DNA of 63,898 nucleotides, filler included, from Kipferlia bialata (Eukaryota): the NCBI GenBank assembly GCA_003568945.1. It is 6 parts of 6 records of this genome, joined end to end, with 100 filler letters (N's around TTAATTAATTAA, not from the genome) between each part and the next. Parts side by side here need not be neighbours in the genome. Positions count along the whole stretch, not along the records: positions 53,722 to 62,049 come from BDIP01000979.1; positions 62,150 to 63,898 come from BDIP01001082.1; 4 more parts are not named here. One strand, 5' to 3'. Below are positions 53,770-63,898 of this stretch, piece by piece; position 1 is the stretch's first letter, and every line of letters starts with the position of its first letter. The notes under the pieces are model-generated. The model did not search any database and was not told where the DNA came from. It saw only the letters and a program-made list of their open reading frames with translations. The position numbers and the translations under genes were made by a program.

Positions 53770-56700
53770 GTGATGCGTCCCAAGGCCTTTACGGAGTCTG
53801 AGGCAGGGAGGGGGATCATCAAGAAGACTCAATCAGTGAGACAGGGAGAGGTATGGAGTTAGCAGTCCCTTTACCAGTGCCTGAAGTGCCAATGGTCCTA
53901 ATAGTAGTATCACATGTATACACTTTCACCCCCAGCTCGCACCCGCCCTTCGGTTTGGCCACGAGTCCACCCTCAGGGCCATCAGACAGTCTCCCTGGGG
54001 GGTCATCAGAGCCCGTTTCGACGGAGACCACCTCCCAATCCCAGGTGGGCTGAGGTCCGGCAGGTCCTCTCTTCCTAGACTCCCTAGCCGACCAGTGAGT
54101 GTATCTCCAGAGAGAGTGGGTAGGGCGGTAGAGGGGGCTGGACAGGGCAGTCACCACAGCATCTCAGCTAGAGAGTCTCTCTCCGCCTCTCTGCCCCCCC
54201 TGCCTCTAGCCTACTCATCCACCACTGCCACCCTCGCCAGTGACAGCTCTCTCTCTGTGCTCCACCCCCTGGGTCGCTGGGCAGCAGACCCCGTGGCAGG
54301 GGTAGAGACGGAGCCCATCCCTCTGCTGTCTACCAGCCGCCCCCAGGACGTAGATCTTCGCAGGTACGTACTCATACGTATTTCTATTGTGGTTGTCTTG
54401 CCAATGATGTATATCTTGTGTAGTCTCTTCTCATATATGCGTCTCTGCTACTACCAGGCATGGGAACTACTCCGCCCCTGCTGGGTCCCACCCCATGGAC
54501 ACCCCCTTCGACACATCAAGTGGTACTATACAGGACTCCAGCCTCACAGTGGACGACACCCACTACAAGATGGACATCTCAACCAGCTTCGGTACCACCA
54601 TTGGGTCCACCATTGGATCCAGTCTATCTGCTATGGATGCTGCTGGGGTCGGGTCGAGCTCCCAGCTCCAGCTGGCCTCTGAGTACATGAGGTCTGTGTC
54701 GAGGAAGTCCCTGAGGCTAGGTGGGTCATACTCAGTTACTCATTTACAGTATATGTATCTGTCATTGTGGATGAACTTCTTACTTTCGACCTGCGACTGT
54801 GTCTCACTGCAGACGCTAATCGTACTGTTAGTACTGTGCGTCGCACTTATGCAGCGGGCCTCGCCCTCTCTGGTGTGCGTAGGGCGTACTCCTCCTCTGC
54901 CTCTCTTCTCTCTCCCTCAGTTGTGCCAAGGGACAGCGCTCCCTCCAGTCCCAGGAGGAGCAACCCTGTCTCACCCCGGAGGAGCAACCCCGTCTCCCCT
55001 AGGTCCTGGGCAGTATCGTCAGCCTTTGGTGAGAGTGCCTCCCCAGAGAGAGACCATGCCCCCCCTGCACCCTCAAAGTGTGTGTGTGAGGAGGACACGG
55101 GAGAGTCCCAGGACTCCATAGTGGCAGCAGTGGCGCAGTGGGAGGGTGGGGACAAGAAGGGCAGTGGGCTGTCCCCTCGTCTACCCACAGAGCCTGCTCA
55201 GCCTAACTCCGCTGGGGACACTCCCCCGGACTCGTCATTCGAGTCCCTAGGCACATCATTCGGCTCTCTGGTGCTCTCGGGTCCGACCTACACTGATCTC
55301 AATGACGTAGACTCTGAGACACCCTCCCAGCTGTCTGGTGTGTCCATGCTGTCTATGGTCCACTCCAAGCAGGACTCCGTGACCCCCTCCACCCCCCTCA
55401 GCAGCATGGAGGCCATGTCGTCATGTGTCACCCTGCCCATCACGTACCAGAGGGCAGAGGGGGCAGAGGGCATGTCCCTGCACAACATGTCGAGGCTGGC
55501 CATGGGAGGGGGCACGGGGGCTGGGGCCATCTACAGCGACGCCAGCGACAACACTTATACCTCCAAGATCAGCGTCTCAGACTCGTCAATGACCAGGACC
55601 ATAGACACAGTGTCCCACTCCATAGGGATGGGGTACCCGAGGACGTCCAGCACCCAGTCGCACACCACCACACACTCCGTCTCAGACAAGCATGAGTCGT
55701 CCGCGGTGGCAGACAGAGAGCGGGAGAGGCAGGTACTGGACGATCACGCGGACTGTCTCATCGATGAGGACTCTGATTCATCATCCTCACAAGCCGATGC
55801 CGCAGGGGACGCTGAGCCACCTACCTTCCCCTTACAGCAGCAGCCTGCGTCTGACATACCCCGTGGACTAGCACTGGAGACCATACAGGAGGTGACAGAG
55901 CCCCATGGGGGACCCCGTCGCATGTCACGTAGCACTGGGTACTTGGCATCATTCACAACAACGTGTGGGACGGACTCTAGTGCCGTCAGCCGGGGCACCC
56001 CCGTATTCTCAAGGAGCGGGGGTCTCATACCCACCATGTCCTGCATGAGTGGGTCTGACGTCACAATGGGGTCGACCAACCCTACTAAGCATGTGAGGGA
56101 GGTACCGAGTCTGTCGAATCAGTCCTTCTCCATTCCTGGCCTAGAGTCCCGTTCCCACGTTTTACGTAGAGCCCGCGACCCCTCTGATACCCTACCTCTA
56201 GACTCGAGTGTACAGTCCTCAATGTCCCTGACACGCTTTGTAAGTGACTCCCTAAAGAGCGCCAGGGGACCTAGAAGCTCCTCTACCAGTACTGATCCTG
56301 CCCTACCCACCATCACAGAGAGAGACACTGATGGGTCCACTGCTGTTGATGACAGCCCCAGGGGCCATAGGCATAGGAGTAGGTCGGATCAGTCTGAGTC
56401 TGGTCCTTCCACTACCACGGTGTGGCCCAGGCTGTACCCCAGGGAGACCCCTGCCGCTGTCACACCCCAGGTAGAGAGGGACAGGGACGGGTCATCTGAT
56501 GGAGACGTCCTGGTAGATACAGGGCTAGACATAACCAGTGGCCTCTCTTCTGTGTCTGGGTCTCTGCCCCATGCCGCATCTGGCCTGGACGCAAGGCTCC
56601 TCGACGACCTGGAGGCACTGCACAGGCATGGTAGAGTGTATGTATTAGTTATGATGTGTGATTTGTGGATGCAGGAGTAGATCCCTATATGATAGTCATT

Positions 56701-59700
56701 CTTACCTTCAGGTGTGTGCCTGTCGGGTCGGCCCTCTCTAATATGGCAGACGTCTACTGTGCAGACATTCAGCCAGGCAGCAAGGTGGACACCACAGCCG
56801 GAGACTCTTCTCCTGAGAGCTCTAATAATCATGTGGCCTCTCGTTTCCGCTCTCTGCTGGAGCTTGTACAGTCCATGAGTCAGCTCTTCAAGGTCAGTGT
56901 GGTTCAATTCAGATATGACGACTTTAAAGTCAAACCATCCACGATATACCTCTCCTCTCACCACTAGATGTGCCTGTCTCCCACATACAAGAGTAACCTC
57001 TTCGTCACGCTTCACACCATATCGCAGCTGGAACGCTTCCACGTGGCCACCATGGTGCTAGGACTCCTGGAGGTATGGACTTGGTGTTGAACAAGACTTT
57101 ACAGTGATTCACTAATTACCTTTCCTAAGTATATAGTGTGTAATAGGGACTTGACACTCACCACAGCTTGTAGCTGGCTACTTGTGGTGTCGACCGGTCA
57201 GGAGGACGATGCTTAGGTAGGTGATGTGCTCTACTCACTTGTGATCTCAGAGTGCAGTCAACCGCTGTATTGCGTCACTTCACTTCAGGTCCGTGTCTGA
57301 GGTTCCCACTGCTGTCTACAGACTGGGCAAGGTTGCATCTACGTATTTCCTCCCCGGGGTTCTGATAGTACGTCCCACTCGTATTCTTCTGTCATTAGAT
57401 AGTCATCAATAGACCATCCTTCAACGCCTGACCCCAGGTTCGGTCTGTCTATCATGTGGCCGCAGGGAGCATGTCAAGGCGCTTCTTATTCCGGCTCCTC
57501 AGGGATGTACTGCTGAGGCCCAGAGATGGCAAGCGTCGTGGAGGTCTCAGACGCCGTGTAGATAGGGCGGTGTTTATGTTCAGACTCCACATTGCCGTGA
57601 AGACTCTGCTTCAGACCCTGGCCATATCAGGTGGGTGTGATTTGTTCCTAAGAATGGGGTACAACAATTCTTGACCCCATTATGTTAGTAGATTAGTGGT
57701 AATCTCTTCTTATCACAGGGATATTCATCTGTGTCTATTGTGCCCAGCACACCTTCCTGGACGGGTTAGAAGACTCAGGCGGAGACTTCCGGCGCCATGT
57801 ACTTACATCATGGGTGAGATAGCCTTCTTTTGTCCTTCTGGTCTCACCTGTAACTAATCTCAGGGCTCCGTGCCCTTTATAGTTGTGGAGAGTGCCCTGA
57901 CTCTCTTCACCCTTCCCTTCTATGCCGCAGTCCCTATCAACCTCCTGAGTATCTTCCTGTGCGCCGTGGCGTCTGCCCAGGCCCTGACCATGTCGAGTGA
58001 GACATACATCCTCTATCTCTCTGTCTTGCTGGCAGTGTTACTCTGCATCCTACAGGCGGTCACCAAGGTGTGTTTATTGTGTGTCTTGTGTCTAATGAGT
58101 GTTCCAGTGGTGGAGAGGTTCTGCTCTACAATTGCATTGTTCTCCTCTGGTTTTCAATCTCTCCTTCTTATCATACTGTGAAGTATCGTCAACTCTAGGC
58201 TGTTACCCTTGTAGTCGGTACCAGACTAGTAGTGCAGTCCACTGCTGCCAAGGTCCTAGTATCCAGGGTCATGTCCGGCCAGTTCTTCAACAGGTACTGA
58301 TATCCAGACATATATATATAATCATATGGTAGCAGTGCCATGTGGGTAGTGACTCTATTGTATTTACAGAATACCTAAGCGTCTATGCTCATTCCAGGAT
58401 CCTTACCCCCTTCATGGCCCACACTGCCTCCTCCGGGGTCTCCTTTGGCTACATGCGGCCAGGGGATGCAAGGGCCATGCTCAGGTATATGGGTGTGTGT
58501 GCTATGTGGGGTCTATGTTGGTATCTATAGGTACTCTGATGAATGTTTTGCTTCAGGTATCCTTTACGTTTACCCTCAGGGAGCTGAAGCAGCACCACCT
58601 GGTAGCAGGCATGGAGACGGGGTCTGTATTGCCAATGGTGTATGCGCAGGTAGGCATGGTGACTCATTAACTGCTGGAGATGCATTCACCGTCCATACCC
58701 ATAGTCCCAATGCATACACTCACTGTTCAGATAGTACACATGGCTGGTGAGCCACTTGTGTCCCAGTCTAAGGGCTACACGATGGGTGTGACTGAGGTGG
58801 ACGATGCCCCCACCCCATCCACTGGTGCTGATGTTTGTGAGTCTCTACCCGCTGTCCCTGAGGGTGCGGGAGAGGCCTCTGCATGTTCCTGTCCCCCTCG
58901 CTGCCTATGCAGGACCAACCCCAACACAGCTCGCTTTGTCAATGCCGTCTACAACTCCCTCCACATCGGGGCACCTGTGTCTGTGCGGGCTGTGCCCATA
59001 GCACCCGTCAGGGTCAAGGAGGTATGGCGGCTATTGATAGTGTGTGTATGGTTACTGTCATAGGGACTGCTGGATGTGTCTCTGCTAGCATATATTGGTG
59101 CAGTCATATACTATACAGAAGGATTAGTATTTTCGACTTACGTCAGGCTGAGATATGCACTCTGTTCAACGAGTGGTACCCGGGCCTCTTCTCCCACTCG
59201 CCCAAGGGCACTGATGTAGACAAGGGCGCTGTGATTGCGACATCAGCAAAGGGAAGAGAGACCCCTTTAGGAGAAGTGAAGCATTGCTCACAGCGGGCCC
59301 AGAGGGAGAGCTACCCAGGTAAGTATGCTATGGAGTTAGTGGTTCAGGTTTTTTAGTGTTAGGGTAGTGTGCATGACTCATACCAGTATGTCCTGTTGGG
59401 GCTCTGAGGGATGGCCCCCCTCTGGTGAGAGAGAGGGAGATGCCAGAGGAGGATTCTTGTGGGGACGTGAATGCAAGCGTCAGCCCTGGTGCAGAGGGAC
59501 TACCCCCTCTCCCCGCATCTGTCTGTCATCCCACTCCTACTCCTCTTCCTGAGGCCGGGCCTCTGGTGTCACAGGTATATAGGCATGATCATATGTATAC
59601 ACCTGACAGTGGCTGTACTCTTTCTAACCCCCAGGAGGAGTGGCGCATCATGCAGGAGACAGAGACCCAGTTCTTCCCTCTGATGATTTATACGAAGCTC

Positions 59701-61053
59701 GACATCGTGGGATTCACACAGTGAGTAAATGTTCTCATTCTAGAATCTATCAGCAACACTTTCTACCTGCCCTCTTCCCCCCTCACCGTAGGTACTGTTC
59801 CGAGCATGGGTCTGATGTTGTCCATCTACTTAGCATCCTGTTCACCTCCTTTGACAGGATTGTGGCCAGATACCAGACTGAGGGCGTCGCCAAGGTCAAG
59901 ACAATAGGTGAGGGCTGGCTCTGACTACTCTGGCATCTCTCTCCACTGTATACTTGCATGCTACTCTCCTGACACCCAGGTGATGCCTATGAGATTATGA
60001 GGCCCGTGACCCCAGAGGAGCTCTACTCTAGCAGTGTCGCAGACCTGCAGGCAGCGGTGGCCTCGTCAGTACAGGTGAGGGGTGCTGTTATAGGTGGATA
60101 TTGGTATCCATTGCATAATATGAAAGGATTGGCAGTATTGGTATGTCTAGTCACTGTGATACTATGCAGCCTCCTCACCCCAGTGCTCCCATGAGTTAGT
60201 CGAGTGTGCCCTCGCCATATTCTCTTCCATGCAGGTGTCCCTACAAGTTAGATGCGGCACAGCAATCGGACCTGCATTTGGAGCCGTGATTGGAAGGTCA
60301 GGATTATGTTTCTCGTTGAACAATTGACAATCCCTGCATCTCTTCTCTCCCCTCACCCCTAGGCTCCGTGTCTCCTATGACATCTTCGGCCTGGCCCCTG
60401 CTAGGGCTAGGGTCATGGAGTCTCTGTCCCCAATAGGTACAGGGGGATTGTTATTCGGTCTCATGCGAAAGGATGATGGTTAGAGTTACTAGGAGGTCCT
60501 ATCAACACAGCACTAGCCTCACTGACCCTCAGGATGTGTCACAGTGTGCAACAACATATTCCAGTTGCTCAGGCTGCACAAGGTGTTCGTGTTCGGGGAC
60601 TCACTCTCCAAGAACCTCTCTGGGGGTTCCTACGCTCAGGCATTCTTGGCCAAGACCCAGGAGGTATGTGTGTCAGTGTGAACAATCTCAACCACTAATA
60701 GTTGTCATTCTAAGCATTCCCCCTGACCCCAGTTACTGGACAGGGAGTATGAGGCCGTGGCCCCCTATGCCCCTGCCCCCCCTTGCTCCTGGATGGGGGT
60801 GGACGCGTCAGTCAAGGGAGACCGCAGTGCCCCTGCGAGACTGCCGTCCCACCTGTACGAGGCCATGTACCTGAAGGGAGAGGCCCACCACCTGGCCATA
60901 GTCACCAGACACGTCCCCATCCACCCCGTGTGTAGTGTGTCTGCTAGGGTGTCTGGGTCTGGGGGTAGGGCACCCCACACCCATGTCATGGAAGGGGGGA
61001 AGGAGGACGTGTCCCCAGAGGGCGTCATCCTGCTAGGCATAGCTGAGCACTGA
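53770..61053 (+). CDS. Membrane class III cyclase, C-terminal half: long Ser/Thr-rich linker, TM block and a C1-like catalytic domain; 5'-truncated
   Basis: Spliced IYTKLDIVGFTQ|YCSEH...FDRIV...GVAKVKTI|GDAY...VRCGTAIGPAFGAVIG|RLRVSYDIFGLAPARARVME (59635-60663). TM exons at about 57000-58260. Stop TGA 61051-61053. Confidence 0.88.
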
Positions 61054-61363
61054 CCGTAATGATAATACCATTGTTCCGTTGAGTTTCTTTTGTTTTCATA
61101 CCAGTATTCGGATGGTGTTCCTTGTATAATAGATATCTAGCAAGTACAATGTAGGTCGACCTTTTGAGGAACCCAGGGGACCACTTGTTGTACCGTGTTG
61201 TGTTAGTGGGTTGAGGCTATTTCTTGTGGCTTGGAGAAAGGGTTCAGCAAAACACATTAAGGAGCACCGGTGTCCACTCTCTACCAGACTACTTGTCCCC
61301 CATACCCCACTACACCCAGCTGTATATCTAGTCCTGAGTTCCTTGTGGCTCTAAGAGTGCAAT

Positions 61364-61859
61364 ATGTCGTTCTTCGGGCGTATCTTCCAGGATAAGGCGG
61401 AGCAGGTTCAGGTAAGGGTCGGTTTCGTTTGAGTTAGATTGGCTGTGGGCAGTTGGGGAGTGTTATTTCCACAACCAATATTGTTAAGTGTGCCCCTGAG
61501 GCTCTGTGGAAGCATTGGTGTACCATAATACCTTACGTTGGATCATGCATATCCCCCTAGTGTGTCTCACCCCAGAACAGCTGGTCCCTGACAGCCCAGG
61601 AGATCACAGACCTCTCTGAGACTGGAGTGTGTACGTGGGTGTATACATATGTATCTAATATCTGGTAATGATACCCCCCCCACCCCCCCACACGCTCTCT
61701 CTCTCTCTTGTACATGTGTCACATATGATATATGTGTTATATACATATATGTTTCCCTCACTGTCAGTCAATGCCAAGCAGCTGAAGCGTATCAGCAGGC
61801 GCTTTGCCAGGCTGTCTGACACAGAGGACCACCCTGTCACCTGGATGGACTTTAAGAAG
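61364..61859 (+). CDS. Calcineurin B / CHP-like EF-hand protein, 5' part
   Basis: MSFFGRIFQDKAEQVQ|NSWSLTAQEITDLSETGV|FNAKQLKRISRRFARLSDTEDHPVTWMDFKK resembles the recalled CHP/CNB N-terminus (ETGFSHSQITRLYSRFTSLD...DFQR). Truncated by the contig end. Confidence 0.65.
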
Positions 61860-62149
61860 GTACATGCTCAGTTCCATTGTCTCTTTCCCTCTGCCTGAGT
61901 GGGTCTCTTTGCATATATAAGAGTGGACTGCTTCTTGCCTTCCAATTACTTTCAGCTCACTCTGATTGCTATATCATTGGTATCTCATTCTCTCTCCCCC
62001 CCCCCCCCCCCCCCCCCCCCCCACCCCCCCTCCCCCCCCCCTCCACCCCNNNNNNNNNNNNNNNNNNNNNNNNNNNNNNNNNNNNNNNNNNNNTTAATTA
62101 ATTAANNNNNNNNNNNNNNNNNNNNNNNNNNNNNNNNNNNNNNNNNNNN

Positions 62150-62195
<46 letters not shown>

Positions 62196-62266
62196 GATAC
62201 AACACCAGACTGACAGGCCATGTGTAGAGGAGGCATGGTATACCACAGCCACACCCACTTCCTCAC

Positions 62267-63843
62267 CTTGCATACTTCTTGACCCCCAGCTTGTGCTTCT
62301 CCACTGTCACATGGGCACTGCCGTTGCGGGTGTCGAGCCTGTCTCTCCCCTTGCCCTTGGCTGTCCCCTTGTCTGAGGGGCCTGTCTCCTTGTCGGCACT
62401 GGTCACCAGCACATACAACAGGCCCTCGTCCATATTCACATACACATGCACTATGTCGCCCTGGTGGTGAGAGGCCCTACGGTGGAGTGGGATATAATCT
62501 CATTGACTCAGGTAGATAGATATACAGCTCCAGTGAGTACACTGTAGAATCATTAGCCAGACTAGTACTCGGATGTACACCCCCCCACCTTGAGCACCTC
62601 GACCCCACACTGTACCACAGGGGCATTGCCCACCAGCCTGTCTCTGTCTCTGGTCACCAGCCTCAGTCCCACCAGCACCCTGACCCTGACCCTCTGTCTC
62701 TCTCTCTCGCAGCCACTCTCCCCCTCTGCCTCACACTGCCTGGACAGCCCCTTCTCCCTCTTGCCTGCCCCCCTGGCATGGGCCATGGATATAGAGGGGG
62801 AGGGGGATGATGGAGGGAGGGTGCGGGAGGGAGAGAGGCAGAGGGAGGACGGGGAGAGGGGCTCGGTGGGGGCTGCGGGGCAGTCCAGCACTATCAGGCT
62901 GTACCCCCTCCTGCCTCTGCGCAGAGTGATGTCTAGGTAACCCTGGGGTGAGAGACACACACATCAGCAAAGAATGAAGTACTCAGGGACTGAGACCCTG
63001 TCCGCACCCACCTGGCTGTCACTCCACCTGTTGGTGTCTGTGTCGTACACACTGCTGAACTGCAGGTCTCGCAGGGGCAGGGGGGAGGGTCTAATGTCAG
63101 TGGGGAGTCCGGGAGGAGCTGGAACTGGTGTTCACCCACATAGTGAGGGACAGTGGCACCAATATATATATATATATACATAAGTATTATATATATATTG
63201 ATATCCCTCCATACATATTCACCCACCTAGTGAGGGACAGTGGCGAGTGTGCCCCTACCCTCCCAGCCATAGATGGGGATGGATGGGGGGAGAGCACACC
63301 GAGTCGCTCTGACTCTCTGACCCTCTCCCTCTCTGCCTCTCTGTCTAGCAGAGAGAGAGAGTGTACATCCAGCACAGGGGCATGGGGCCGCCACGCTGGG
63401 GGTGAATGTGGTGACCGGCCAAGAATCAGTTCCTGCTGCTGTCTTTTCATATGGACACCCACACTTTGACCCCAACCTATTTCACGAATTCACACACAAA
63501 CATACATATATTAGTATAGAGAGTGCAAATACCTATTGTGTGGCACCGTATTGTCTGGCTGTGGGAGATGTCGCCCAGGGAGCAGCAGAGGCGGTACCAG
63601 CCCTCGTCCTCCAGAGTAAATGCACATGCAATGCCCGTGGCCTCGTAGGAGACCTGGAGTTGGAGTGAGAACAGGGCTAGACAGAGACTAGGGTATAACA
63701 GATATCACGAGGCGGCCATTAGACCTAATGACTCATAGATCATCTAGCAGTGCAGGTACATAATCCCCACCTGTATCTGGGTGGGTACATATGTGTTGAA
63801 CTCAGTGGCCCTCTTAGACAAGGGGTTGGGCACACGCTCCAGC
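62267..63843 (-). CDS. Hypothetical protein, internal fragment
   Basis: Several GC-rich exons with canonical sites (e.g. GYLDITLRRGRRGYSLIVLDCP...CGVEVLK; HVYVNMDEGLLYVLVTS). Both ends are missing. Confidence 0.55.
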
Positions 63844-63898
63844 CTGAGAGGTCAGACACCGGGGGGGGGGGGGGGGGGGAAAAATAACCCCCAAAAAA

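Noticed and set aside
1..63898. Alternative genetic code (TAA/TAG read as Gln) or transposable elements
   Set aside because: Rebuilt genes end at TAG, TAA and TGA and use CAG/CAA for Gln; no transposase, reverse transcriptase or terminal-repeat structure was seen.

Overview
Intron-rich eukaryotic genomic DNA in the standard genetic code. The window is six assembly pieces (1-13353, 13454-26782, 26883-40209, 40310-53621, 53722-62049, 62150-63898) joined by artificial 100-nt spacers (44 N + TTAATTAATTAA + 44 N), so adjacency across spacers is unproven. Many short GT-AG introns with a branch point fused to the acceptor (CTNAC-CCC-YAG) and heavy (TA)n/(TC)n/poly-C content suggest a free-living fornicate such as Kipferlia (inference). 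Genes rebuilt by manual splicing: a SHAQKYF-type Myb protein with an SCA7-like zinc finger, a long coiled-coil protein, XPD/ERCC2, RAD52, a divergent RAD17-like protein, a C2-like protein, a B-box/TM protein, a PIGG/GPI7-type GPI ethanolamine-phosphate transferase, two complementary halves of a membrane class III cyclase, a calcineurin-B/CHP-like EF-hand protein, and several hypothetical proteins. Two observations stand out. (1) 'Exon echoes': introns hold multiple partial copies of the adjacent exon ends with intact splice sites, donor copies first and acceptor copies last. This implies exon-definition-like or otherwise unusual splice-site choice, and it creates candidate new microexons. (2) A probable pseudo-heterodimeric adenylyl cyclase whose catalytic domains are in swapped (C2-then-C1) order. 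All homology calls come from recalled motifs, not database searches.
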